From Azolla caroliniana (taxonomy: Eukaryota > Plantae > Polypodiophyta): DNA of 64,000 nucleotides. This document shows, piece after piece, positions 13,501 through 25,790 of the stretch; within the stretch, counting starts at the first letter, position 1, and every line of letters starts with the position of its first letter. A model generated the notes under the pieces. It was not told the origin of the DNA and ran no database searches. It worked only from the letters and a program-made list of their open reading frames with translations. The DNA lies in the NCBI GenBank assembly GCA_043228905.1, contig JBHGNT010000002.1, positions 22,878,001-22,942,000 on the forward strand, written 5' to 3'. A program made the position numbers and the translations under genes.

Positions 13501-16060
13501 GTAAAACACCAAAATACTCCCATCTTTTTAGACATTTATTAGACACCTAAATTTACAGAAATTACTGCATTTCCCATATATTGTAGTACATTTTGTATTA
13601 GAGAGGGTATTTCTGGTAATATGTCCGATAAGTTCGGAGTATTTACTACTACAAGGGTATTCTGGTAATTTGTGCAAATTTAGCATGATAAATATCTGAA
13701 ACATCAGAAGTATTTCAATGATTATCCCTTAAAAAACGGGGAAAACTTCAAAATACAGCTGACTTTGTCTTTATTTCCCTAAATATCCTCAATCAAGCCT
13801 CAAAAGAGAGAACAAGGGGATGAATTGCCCATATAATTGCTCAGATAACAGATATAATTGAGACAAAGAGACTTATTGATAATGTAAGTTCATAGCGGTT
13901 GCCCAAGGGCATCTTGGGAATCAGCAAAAACTTAGGCACAATTAGGGAAATAAAGAAAAATTGAGGGGTATTTTGGTGTTTTTTTATTCAAAAAATAGAA
14001 TTTAAAGATTACCACCTCAGAACTAAGTTCTGCAAGCTCTCTCCGTGAGTCTCTGAAAATTGGAAGAAGCTTTTCAGCTTCAGAAAATGTAGGCCCTGGA
14101 GGAAGTTTGGAGTTTCCTTTATTAGAATCTTGTTCATCATCTTGTTCTAGATCTGATAGGGATGGAACGACATCACAAACAAGCTTCTTGAAGAAATCGT
14201 CAAAGGAAAATGATCCCTGTTAATAAATTCCCAAAACACAAATCAGATACAAAACATGGAATGAGATATGATGAGGAAATTCTTTAAAGCAGAGAGAACT
14301 TTCTCTTGAGAGAGAGAGAGAGATTTCATTATCGTTCTTCGAAGTCAAATATAGCCTATGGAACGTAAAATGAAAAGTTGTCACATAATGTGTGGAATTG
14401 TGTTGTCACTCTCAATGTTCAAGGACTTTACAAATAAACATTGCAATTGACAATGAGCATCTATCACTGAGAGGATTCTGTATTTGGAATGGACTAGATT
14501 GACAGTGTGTGTAGGTTTCTTCAAATGAGAATGCTCCTAGTAATCTTTACAAAACACAAATCACATATAAAGATGAGATGTGATAAAGGGAGAGCTTTTT
14601 TATAGGAAAAAAATCCCTAAAACGTATTCAAAAAAGTAAATCAGATCCAAAATAAGAGAGAGAAATGAATGAAATATCAACATCTTTGAAAGGACAGAGT
14701 TACCTATGAGACAGCATTATTTTCATCTATGTGAAATTCAATACAATATCTGGAAATAAGGGAAAACAATGGAGAAAAGCAATTATATCTACATTAAATA
14801 GAACAAAAATGAAATGAACCAGGTGAGAGATCAGCAGTACTACCCATTACAAAGGTGAAAGAAATTCATTTCATGAGATCCTGCATGGGTCTCCACAGCA
14901 TAGCATCGATATCATCCTTGGTGAGATGCCTAATTGAGGATGAAGAGTCATGCAGTAGAAGTTGTCAACAATGATCAAGCTTAATGGCTTTGATCAACTA
15001 GATTTCCCAAGAGGGATGCTATGGAACTTTCTGTCACATGTGGTGTTAAGAAGAAACCTTCATGGCTAGCCATTTGACGAAGTCAGTGATCCTCCATTAC
15101 ATAGTACCTTCATGAGTGGGTCCATCTCTCATGGTGAGAATCTCCCAAGAGTTACAAATCTTCTATAGATGAGAGCTCACGCATCTCTGAACGTATTAAT
15201 TCACAACTTGAGCTAAAGTTGATCCAAAACCTCTTTAACAAGATAATGAAAACGCCCTTGACTTAGGCTGAGTACCAACAAATATAATTCTCCTGTCTCA
15301 GGGTCCTTCACAAATCTGACATGTCCCATCTATTGGGGGTATGCGCCCCTCTCTCTCTCTCTCTCTATGATGAGAAGAGCATGCCAAGTGAAGACCTAGC
15401 CCATGTTATCGATTATTATCCATCAAAGCCATTCTGTAGTGCCTACGAGATGTTCTAGCTAAAAATCCATCTTCATCCCGACACAAAGCATCCCAGACAT
15501 GGCAAGATTTCATAAAGACTCAAGGACCCATTATCCCAAGCATACACGTGCAATGCATTGCAATGTTTATACATGCCTTACAGACAATCTGTTATGAGTA
15601 TGATATTATCGGTATACAATAACAAGGGTATCCAAGCACCTGCAATCTGGACTCTCTATCTGCCTCCCCTTCAATGCATTCAGCGATCTTCAATATAAAT
15701 TGCAAATAGAGTTTGAGCGCAGGTATCCCTGCTTCACTCCTAAGGTTGAATGAACTTGTGATAAACCGTCCAAATTTTGGACCCAACAATTGTCTCTTAA
15801 AGGGTCATCAGCCCTCATGTCAGATCAGGTGGAATCATTGCACCTTTTAGTTTAAGCAGAAACCAGGCTCTTGGGACTGTATCAAGATCTTTGCAAAATC
15901 TGCAAAACTACAAAATGTCTGCTTCTTTCTCTAGAGACAGAGACAGAGACAAGACAGAGAGAGAAACTCCTATAAAGAAAAATGCTACATTTTATGGATT
16001 TCAACGCAAAGCAGATAACAAAGTTTTCTTCACAGGAAAACGTGCCGACAGCAAGGAAAG

Positions 16061-16093
<33 letters not shown>

Positions 16094-16180
16094 TACCTTG
16101 AATTCTTCGATCTCCAACATGGCAAATGAGGTGACAGAGGAAGTTCTTGATGAACCTCTGGAGGCCTTCATCTTGGTCAT
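7539..16180 (-). CDS. SEC10: Exocyst complex component SEC10, multi-exon (about 22 exons)
   Basis: Exon 16180-16097 MTKMKASRG...LEIEEFK; 14216-14016 GSFSFDDFFKKLV; ~13437-13361 IDVRLEKVRKEV; ~12740-12638 LEKGVDTLFQSFGRLDSRISGVGQTAARIGDHLQ; ~12536-12485 SADAQRETASQTIELIK; then YLMEFNSS, MFLDVEAM, AYEKTLELAKEL, EFVRWNEEAVQRC, HAACCEEM, GGLRLKRDVTEYAEFVRSF; last exon FLELRDDYKSSKLA with stop at 7541-7539. GT-AG boundaries where checked. Confidence 0.93.
13738..13986. mobile_element. MITE with ~40-bp terminal inverted repeats in SEC10 intron 2
   Basis: Left CAAAATAC..CT.A.TTT.TCTTTATTTCCCTAA matches the reverse complement of 13940-13985. A related MULE-like fragment abuts it at ~13500-13730. Confidence 0.6.
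14880..15850 (-). mobile_element. Degenerate LINE reverse-transcriptase fragment in SEC10 intron 1
   Basis: Minus-strand STLGVKQG (~15740) and VQIAGAWIPLLLYTDNIIL (~15650-15600, YADD-type motif). Outer boundaries are approximate. Confidence 0.65.
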
Positions 16181-16232
16181 CGCCCGATCTCCTTCTCTGT
16201 TCTGATACAGACAGAGACACAGAGAGACAGAA

Positions 16233-16294
<62 letters not shown>

Positions 16295-16510
16295 AGAAGA
16301 AGATGATGATGCCCTTGACTTCTCTATTTCCTCCAAATGCCCTTCCTTCTTCTTCCTCTTCTTCTTTAATTTCTTCTTCTTTACCTTCTTCTTTAATTTC
16401 TTCTTCTTCTTCTTCTTCTTTAATTTCTTCTTCTTCTTCTTCTTCTTTAATTTCTTCTTCTTCTTCACTTGGTATTGCCTTTTGTGTGTGCGTGTGTGTG
16501 TGTGTGTGTG
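16066..16510. repeat. (GA)n, (TTC)n-TTTAAT and (GT)n microsatellites around SEC10 exon 1
   Basis: Direct reading of the repeats. Confidence 0.9.
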
Positions 16511-19319
16511 CGCACACATGTCTATCTGTCTGTCTGTTTGTCTTTGTGTTGGTCATCGAAGGAGAATCGTTGTTCGAATGTGTGCGTGTGTTTGTTTGTC
16601 GGCATCGATTCATCGTATCTGTGAATGCCCCAATTGTATGCCCCCCGAATGCCCTTCCTTCACCAGCACTCGTACTCGATAAATAAGCACTAACACCAGA
16701 ACCAATAAGCAAACGTTGGGACAGGGGGAGAGGGAGGCACCTCTATTGTTGCATAGCAAGACAAGACTGCGAGAAAAAAGGAATGTTTTCGAGACAAGAC
16801 AAGACGATGACTACAAGGAAATGTATTCGATATGTCTGGAAATTGATCCACGAGAGGATTGTCCCCTCCGACAACCTTTCACTCAATAGGAACCTTTTAC
16901 TATTATATTTACATAATGCTCCACAACCTTGCGTAACCTTTTACTACCCTCCATAACATCCCACAAACTTTCATGGCCTTCCGTGTTGTTCTACTAGGCT
17001 CCATAAAGTGTGATAGAACGACTTGTGAACCTCCTCCATGGCAAAATATGCATAATTGACAAAGTCTCCTCACCTATGCCTCATCTCACATTAAAGAGAA
17101 TGCGAGCTAAGTTGACATCCCCATCTATTGTAGATGATGAAGCATGATGTTGGATGGGGTAGTTCAACATGTAGCAACCTTGCTCCTCGCACCCCTTTCT
17201 CAACACTACACAAGGATTTGGTTGTCACACAAGAAATTCCCAAGCTCCTTTGTATAAGGATATTTGAGCTTTGCACATGCCCTCCCCACAAAGGAACAAT
17301 ATGTGTTCCAATATGTTCATAATATGGTTTTTCTTGGGCCCACATGAGATGAACATGTCAAAGTTCAAGCATTGCCCAATGGAAAGGCACTATATCTACA
17401 GGATTCAAATATGTGGATTTGAATCCCTTCCTTTTTGTCTTGATCCAAATTTAAGCACATTTTCTCCATTACTCAAGGTAGAAGTCCAAGTAACAGGTAA
17501 TAGAGAAATAAACCAATTCCCTAGTCATGATTGTCGCTTAGTGTAAAAAAACATCAAGTAATGGAAATGGGTGGCCTACTCAGACCCCCATTGAGTGCCT
17601 CCGCAAGTTTCACAAGGACACAAACATGTTCTCTTGATGATAGCTTTACCGTGCACTTCTTTTATATCGAGTAGTCGTGGATGAGGAATCACCCAACTCT
17701 TATCGTACACGAGGGAACATGTGTACAAGTGTCACGAGAAAACAAATGTTTTCACTTGAGGAGAGCCTTACTGAAAACATATTTCGTGTTGAGCATTTGA
17801 GATCAACTTGCCAATGATTTTGAAAGGGGTTTCACCATCTCTTTTTTTGCTTCTTTCTTCGAAGTGTTGTTTGTATGGAGATTAAAATTTGTTGATAGGT
17901 AGGTTTAGGAGAAATAAAATTTACCTAATAAAACAACCTTAAAGCAATTTAAGGATTAGGACGAGATTAATCGCAATTATGATACCCACAAATTTACAAC
18001 ACGTTTTTGGCGAATCGAATCAAAGTAGCACTATGTTACATTTGTGAGCCCTTTTACATAGTGTGAGGAGTGTAAAAGAGCATTCCAACTGTATTTCAAA
18101 ATCTACCATCATCCATAATCAAAATTATGGCAACCACACAATTAACAATCTATCACCCTAACACTACTTGCATAACTAATAAATTAATCATGAATCCATA
18201 CCCAATGAATCACCACTAGCACAAAATGATTCTTGATTACACACATGCTCATTTGTTCCCCAAACACAATTAATCTAATGGTTGCCATCCAATAAGATCA
18301 CAAGAGCTGACATTTTCTTATAACAAACTTCTTCAACATAAACGATCATGCCATTGTAAACACGGAGATGGGTTAGGCATGGTTATCAAATTATGGATTA
18401 CATATATTTTTTACTAGTTTTTTGGCCAAAGGATGTAGCTCATAACATCCATCACCTTCTTCTTGTATCAATCAAAGATGAATGCAGAAATTCCTTGACT
18501 AAGTGTAAAAGTGACATGACCAAGTGGAAAATGACTCCTTTTTATTATTAAGAATTCCCCAATAAACATAGTCATACATGATTCCACTCTCTTATTCAAA
18601 ATACGAGAGCGTTAATTGAAGTTCCAATTCACCTCTCGAAATGTCAAAAATGAATGTTTATCTACAAGCCAAAATAAAGGCTTCAAAAAATTTGATGAGC
18701 TTGTTTGGAACTCCACATCTTTCTTTCTTTTGCTTCAGTGGTAGTGTCATCACAGATCAGGTACAGGGTGCAGAAAAGATGTCACAAAATCTCTTGGGAC
18801 ATCTTACCAAATAGATCCACGAAGAAGTGTTGAAGATAATGCATGCATTTTGCTCTCGGTTGTCACTCAATACAACCAACACAGAATCCCAAGTTATAAT
18901 TGTTAAATAAAATTAGAAATTAACCTATGATTAATGAGCTCCAACTCTCATATTTGTGCACAGCAACTGCAGCACATATAAAAAGGTTAGTTTCAGATAG
19001 AAAGAAAGTCACATCATGTGAGAAGAGGGGAAAGACAAGTAAAACCAGCTGATATCAATATATCCTTGATCATAGTACAAGCTGAGAACTCCCTGTTTTG
19101 CTTCACACATCAACAGTAATTGACAAAGAGACCAAGTTTACTTCAAATCAGCTTTAAAATGAAAGAAATCTTACTTCACTTCAGATTTAAAATACTAGGG
19201 AAACAACTTTAAAATAAAGCAATTATTGCTTCACGTCAGCTTTAAAATGAAACAAATGTTATTTCACTTATGCATCAAAATACCAGGAAATCTTACTTCC
19301 CTCCTAGCTGACTCAAATA

Positions 19320-22300
19320 TTAAGCTTTCTTTGATTTCACTTTGATTCCATCACTGTTTTCTTCTGCTTTCTGTGGGGTAATCAGAGAATGGAATGAGCA
19401 ATTTAAATATATGTACTTGTGAACTACTTTTTTTATTTGTTCTAGAGGAATAGAGGGAACCTTGATCAATTCATCCTGATGCTTTATGAACTCCAATTTC
19501 CGTTCTCGTTCTTCAATTATTCCTTGACTAGGAAGCGAGGAGATACTAACTACATCTATCACCTCATCTGGAAGTGATGACAGTGTTGCTTGGACAGCTT
19601 CTTCTCGCTTTGTTTTTCCTGATACTGTAAAAGCTCTGTAGGATAATCAAAAAACAGACGATGGTTACAAATTTACACGAGACAGTATTTTCTACATATT
19701 TCTGCTCTAGGAGGAAGAACAAAGCAGGAAAATAAAGATTATAAAGAGGACATACATACAAATGCAAAATCTAATTGTATAATATTAACTTCTGAAGTCC
19801 TGAGTAGAAGTGTCAAGATTGTCAATTTCATCATGCCTAGCCTAAATGAAAGACTATGCCATAGCAACTCATGTCAAATATTTGAAAAGCGAGATGATAA
19901 AAAAACATAAAAGCCAATCCACAGAAGGGAAATTCTCTGAGATGAAAAAAGGTGTGCACACAAACAAAATACGATAGTTGCAGGGTAATGACTGTTCAAG
20001 GGTATAGCCACCATGAAACTCAAGATCAATAAGCTTGTCCGATGTTTTGGAAGGGTCAATTTCCAAAGTCCACATATTCTTATATTTCAATGGTCTGAGT
20101 GAAATTGCGATACTCTATGTGAACAGGGATGTGCCCTTCCATACTTTTATGGCTGTTTCCTAACCATTCATGGTACTTCTTATCTTTTTGCCACAGAATT
20201 TCTCAAGATAACAAATTGTTCCTTTATAGAGGCAATGCTAATAAATATACTAAATAAAATAGTTACATAGGTGTCACAGAATTTCTCATGTTAATAAATT
20301 GTTTCTTTATAGAGGTAATGACAAATAATATACTATATACGATACTTAGATAGGAAGGTTTCTTTATATTGCATACTACTTATTCAAAAAAGTAATTATG
20401 TCAGTCCCACATGAACCGTAAGAATTACCAACCATAAACTCCAAATTTTCATTAGTTTAAAATCTTAATAGCACAAAGAATTGAGTGATACACCCTCACC
20501 TTGAAAGAATGAGCAGTGAAGATGGAACTGAGAAATTCAAAGAGAGGTCAAGCCAATCTTTCAACTGTCAATTCATAAACACAAAATCACCAAATATGGG
20601 TTCATTCAGAACATAAGCACGTTTTATGGCACCAGAATCTAGCTATTCTTCACAACCTGTTTTCTCATTTCTTCTTCAGTCAAAATCCCTAATATTCCTC
20701 GATCCCTGCAAGCAGCCTGAAGCTCTGCAGTAGAGAGTAGGTCTACACCTTCACTTTGAATTAGTTTGTCATCATTCTTTATCCTGCCAAATGAGTTTAA
20801 AATAAAATACACAATGATTGAGCATCGAGAAACTCTAGATCATGTATCTCAACTTTTCAGGGATTCATTTCAGAAATGTGCATTATCAAGATTCCCTATT
20901 TTATTATGGCATCGAGAACACATCCCAGTATAAACATATTATGATCATTGAAACTAATCCTATCTTCAATGAACAGAAAAGCCCTAACATGCCTCATCAC
21001 AAATGGTTGTCTAATCTAATAAAGGCTTCTCCAAATGGTATTGTATTCAATGAGCAACCATTAAAGTACATCTAAAACCTATTTACAGTCTGAAGCTCCA
21101 CCACTAACAAGTTCTAATCTACTAGAACTTTGTTCTGACTATAGTACTAAGATTCTGTCTCTTTGGGCTAACAACTTCTAATCTTCTAACTCTTATCACA
21201 TTGTCCTTAGCTATTGATTTCTCGTTATGATTTAACATGCCATATCTTTTAACTAGACTCAAAAACCGAACACAAAACATATTAACGTATAGAGTTGTCA
21301 TGAGTTGTCACATTTTACAACTAGACAGTCATTCTGAACATTTACATCACGCTGGTACATCATAGTCAGGTGGCACCTCTTATCGGAGAAGGGAACCAAT
21401 GAACTAGATTAAAACTCATTAGTGAGACAAACTTAATTGACCAAGCTATGATAACTAGAGCTCTTGACTGTTGAAAGAATGGAAGGAAACAAGCTTTGTT
21501 CACCCAATAAACATCTTCAAATGATGATTAACAATAGAATATCCAATAATAATAAAATATGCTTGCTGAAAAAGCATAGAAAATGACCTGACTATATTTA
21601 TCTCACATTAAGTTTTAAGTTTTTATGGCGTCTATATTCAAGTATAATGGAATTCTCACATTAACTTTTAAGCTTTTATGGCATCCATATTGCAAGTATG
21701 ATGGAATTCTAACACTTGAATGCATTAAAAAAGATAAAAAATCATCCAAATCCTGAAATATTGTGAAAGAAAGTAAGAGTGATACCATGCCAGTTTTGAT
21801 CGAAGCATATAGCAAAGGTACGAATCTGTTCCAAATGATTTAAGTCCCATGTACTTGCACATACTAATAAGCCTCGGTCTGTCATCAGGTTAAAATGTTT
21901 TAGATATAAAATAACATTTATAATTTGAGATAACATTCTCTTACACAATAGACCAGGTAAAACCTGCTTATGTTGTCCAATGTGATCTCGTCATTGAAAA
22001 ATTTTGCAAAACCTAGAATTTCCTCATTAGTTACAACTCCCCCTGTACGGACCTGATAAGATTTAGTGATTAAAACTTTTGTCCTCTTCATATGTCTTCT
22101 TAATGATTAAATAACCTAGATAAAAATGAATAAATAATTACTTTGTTCATGAATTTGTCAAGATCTTCCGCAGTTTTCTTTGCATCCCCAGACCGTGTTG
22201 TCTTTATTTCTGTGGCCATCTCCTTGACTGTATCTTGCAAGAACTTGGCATACTGTCTTCTTGCATTCAATATCCTTTGTTGTACTTCCTAGAATAGCAT

Positions 22301-24625
22301 GAGATGATAAGCTTACAATAAACTGAATGGATTGAAACATTAAACTCTTTCTAAACTCATTCTGTAAAAGAAGTCAGTACAGATGCCTAGAAAGACCATG
22401 CAAAAACAATTCCACCATCTGATCAAAAATATTTTAGCAACCAATATGTGACAAACAGGTAACATCACTTGCTCTCTGAATATCTTACAAATAAGAAAAA
22501 ATTTGTCAAATTCGATCAAGGTGAAAGAGAAAGTCAGATATAAATCAACATCTTCCTACATACAACTCTATACAGATGATTGAACCCTTATACAAAAGCA
22601 TTGGATAGAATATATTCAAGACCTTACCTCTTCTTTAGCCTTGTTTTGAAAAGTGGAAGGAAGCATACTGGGAAATAATTTCAACATAACAGGTAGTAGA
22701 AGTTCCATGAAAGGCACAATCACAATAACAGCGAACGGCACAAGGCGGAACATATCAGAAGTTGTCCTTTTGAGTTGCTGTCTTTCTCTGCGGCAGAGAT
22801 TATTCCCTCTTCCAAGTTTAAGCAGCAACCTTGATGAGATCCTCAAATCTGTGCAAAGAAGTTTTGTACCTACCCAATAGTGCTTCAATGTGTTCCCAAT
22901 CTCTGACTTCCAATACCCTACCTTCTTCATCCAATCATCCCTACATATCAGAAAATATCAAGCTGATTATTTTATGTGATCTAGATTTGGCTAATTATTT
23001 CCCACATACTGAAATTCTGTTAAAACTTCATGTTGGTGCACTCTGTGTGAGGGTCTCAATCACAAGGAAAGCAATTCATAATTGTAGAAGTAATGTTATT
23101 GACAAAAGTGTAAATTTTGAATGCTCGATGCACTGCTCTTAACAAACAAAGAGCGAGCTTAGAATGCTCAAAGAAACGGACTTTGGAAATCAGACATACA
23201 AGTCAACATAAGAGCATTGTGCATATTTTGCCTGACAAAATAGCACTGCACAATGAAACGTGCTATATTATCGGATGCAATAAATCATTTTACAACCAAG
23301 TATGTATTTGAACAAAGGATGGCCTGGGAATAGTAGCTATTCTTAAGACTTGTCATTCAATATCATGCACAAAATACCTATAGCCCATGGATGTTCATTA
23401 AGTGTCTAAAGTCCTATCAGTACTCTTCCCAAACATTCCGATTTGACATCACACTCATAAATCTCCTCACAAAATAAGCACATGATGATCCCATCTCCAT
23501 AACATCAATACCTTATGTTTCCAGTAAGGTACATCCTTGTTGCCCAAAATCTTTTTCTAAAATGCTTCTGCCTACTCTATCCATTGTTAGGGATTGGCAT
23601 TGATCCATAAGCATTTAAGCAATGGAGGATATGCAACAGTTGGTAGTTGTTAACGGTGCGTTTTCTACTGAAACTGTGCCATTTGTGATGAAATTGCTCA
23701 AGCAATGGAACGAATGCCAATATTGTTTAAGGTCTGTGTTTTAATGGAGCAACACCATTTATAATCATGAATAAAAGACGACATACCCATTCATCAAGGT
23801 GACATTCTTCACGGATGATCTTAAACGGGACCAAAAACAATTTGATGAGCCACCTATAATACCATCTTTCTTAGGAATGATATCCTCCGGCAAAACCAGA
23901 CTATCCTCCTCTTCCTTTATTTTCTTCAGGCTAATATCCTGTTTCCTGTCCTCCGTTCTCATTAGGCTCTCCCCCCGTTCCTCCATTCTCCTCAAGTTAT
24001 CCTCCCTCTTCTTCAGGTCATTCTCCTGTTTCTCCATCTTCTTCATATTTCCCTCTCGTTTCCTCTTTCTAACAAGTTTATCTCTGTTTTGTCTGTGACC
24101 AGAAAGATTTTCTGACACGGAAACCTGTTTTTCCATGACTGCGAGATTAAAGCTTGAAGAAGAAGCAGGCTCCAGAGAATATTCATTGCTGTCATTTTTG
24201 GAGCAAGAAATAACGTCTTTTCTGCATTGTTTAATGCTTGAATCTTCAAAGCAAACGTCTTTCTTGCATTTTTGAAATGAGAGAGTTTCTGTCACAGAAA
24301 CCTTATCCGGAAATCCGGCAAAGCTTGAAGAAGAAGAAGAAGAAGAAGGCGGAGAGTAGCCGTTATTGCCGTTTCTGGAGATGAAAATATCATCTTTTCT
24401 GCAGTGTTTGATGTTGGTCAAAGGTTCTTCATCAAAGCTATGGTTTATTTTCTTGGACTCAGAAAAGGATGAAGAACCTCTGCATGCTGATGGCTGAGTT
24501 GCACGGTAGAAACCTGGTGGGAGAGATGGCGATGGTGATGGTAGAGGCGATGGCAGGAGCAGAAAACGTTTGGCCAATCCAGTTAAAATCTTTCTTTGAG
24601 AAAGACGAGAACTAGGCAAGTACAT
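19320..24625 (-). CDS. LETM1: LETM1/Mdm38-like mitochondrial inner-membrane protein, 8 exons
   Basis: Exons 24625-23787; 22940-22628 (HYWVGTKLL...RRERQQLKRTTSDMFRLVPF...PSMLPSTF); ~22270-22142 (QYAKFLQDTVKEM); ~22052-21965 (FNDEITLDNISR); ~21878-21787 (PRLISMCKYMG); ~20783-20657 (IKNDDKLIQSEGV...ACRDRG); ~20565-20500 (LKDWLDLSL..SVPSSLLILS); ~19637-19460 (LSSLPDEV). These are followed by a short terminal piece ~19370-19320, which would make a ninth exon; the 3' end is less certain. Confidence 0.88.
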
Positions 24626-25249
24626 AATTTCATCTACTGCTGCCGCTACTACTATGTCTTCTTTTTCTTCTTCTTCTTCTTCGTTTTCTTTTGAAAGCTT
24701 AGTCTGATTCTGATTCTGATTGCTTCTGCTGCTGCTACTAGACTATGTCTTCTTCTTCTTCTTTGTTTTCTTTTGAAAGCTTAGTCTGATTCTGATTCTG
24801 ATTTCTTCTGGAAGCTCGGTCTGTGAATTTCCTTCTTCTTCTGGGAGATCCTCTCCTGGAAGCTTATTGGATTATCTATATATACATATATATCTCGCGT
24901 CCGTTTTCTGTCTTTCTTCTTCTTCGTACGTACTGGCTCTTCCGCTTCTTGATGGAAACTCGTTTCTGATTCTTCTTCTTCTTCTTCTTCTTCATCGCCT
25001 CGCTTCTTTCTGTTGCTTCCTGAGGCCCGTTCCTCCTTCGTCCATCTCCATGCTCTTCAAGCTGCTACTGCTGCATCTTCCCTGTCGAATTCAAATTCCT
25101 TCTAGAAGCTTCTAGAAACTTCTTCCTCATTTTCTCGCCAACCCTGGCGGATGCACCCTTTCAAAATCCTCGTGCATCCTCTCGTGTGTCTATGTGTGTT
25201 CCATTCTTTCCCTTTGGGATGATCCCATGTATGTAGTTTCATGTTACGC

Positions 25250-25341
25250 ATGCATGTATGTTATGTTATGTATGTATATGTTATATTATGTTATGTTATG
25301 TTATGTATGTATGTATATGTTATGTTATGTTATGTTATGTA

Positions 25342-25374
<33 letters not shown>

Positions 25375-25461
25375 ATGTTATGTTATGCTATGTTATGTTA
25401 TGTATGTGTGTGTGTGTATGTATGTATGTATATGTTATGTTATGCTATGTTATGTTATGTA

Positions 25462-25492
<31 letters not shown>

Positions 25493-25648
25493 ATGTTATG
25501 TTATGCCATGTTATGTTATGTATGTGTGTGTGTGTATGTATGTATGTATGTATGTTATGTATGTATGTATATGTTTATTTATTTATTTATTTATTTATTT
25601 ATGTTATATTATGTATGTATATGTTATGTTATGTATGTATGTATATGT

Positions 25649-25691
<43 letters not shown>

Positions 25692-25790
25692 TGTTATGTT
25701 ATGTTTGTGTGTGTGTGTGTGTATGTATGTATATGTTATGTTATGTTATGTATGTATGTGTTACATGATGTTTATGTATGTATGTCATCA
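25250..25790. repeat. Compound microsatellite (TATGT)n/(TG)n/(TATG)n/(TTTA)n
   Basis: Direct reading. It explains the three overlapping low-complexity ORFs. Confidence 0.95.

Noticed and set aside
15882-16712. ORFs with poly-E, poly-K, poly-S and ER repeats
   Set aside because: Produced by microsatellites. Only 16180-16097 (SEC10 exon 1) is supported as coding.
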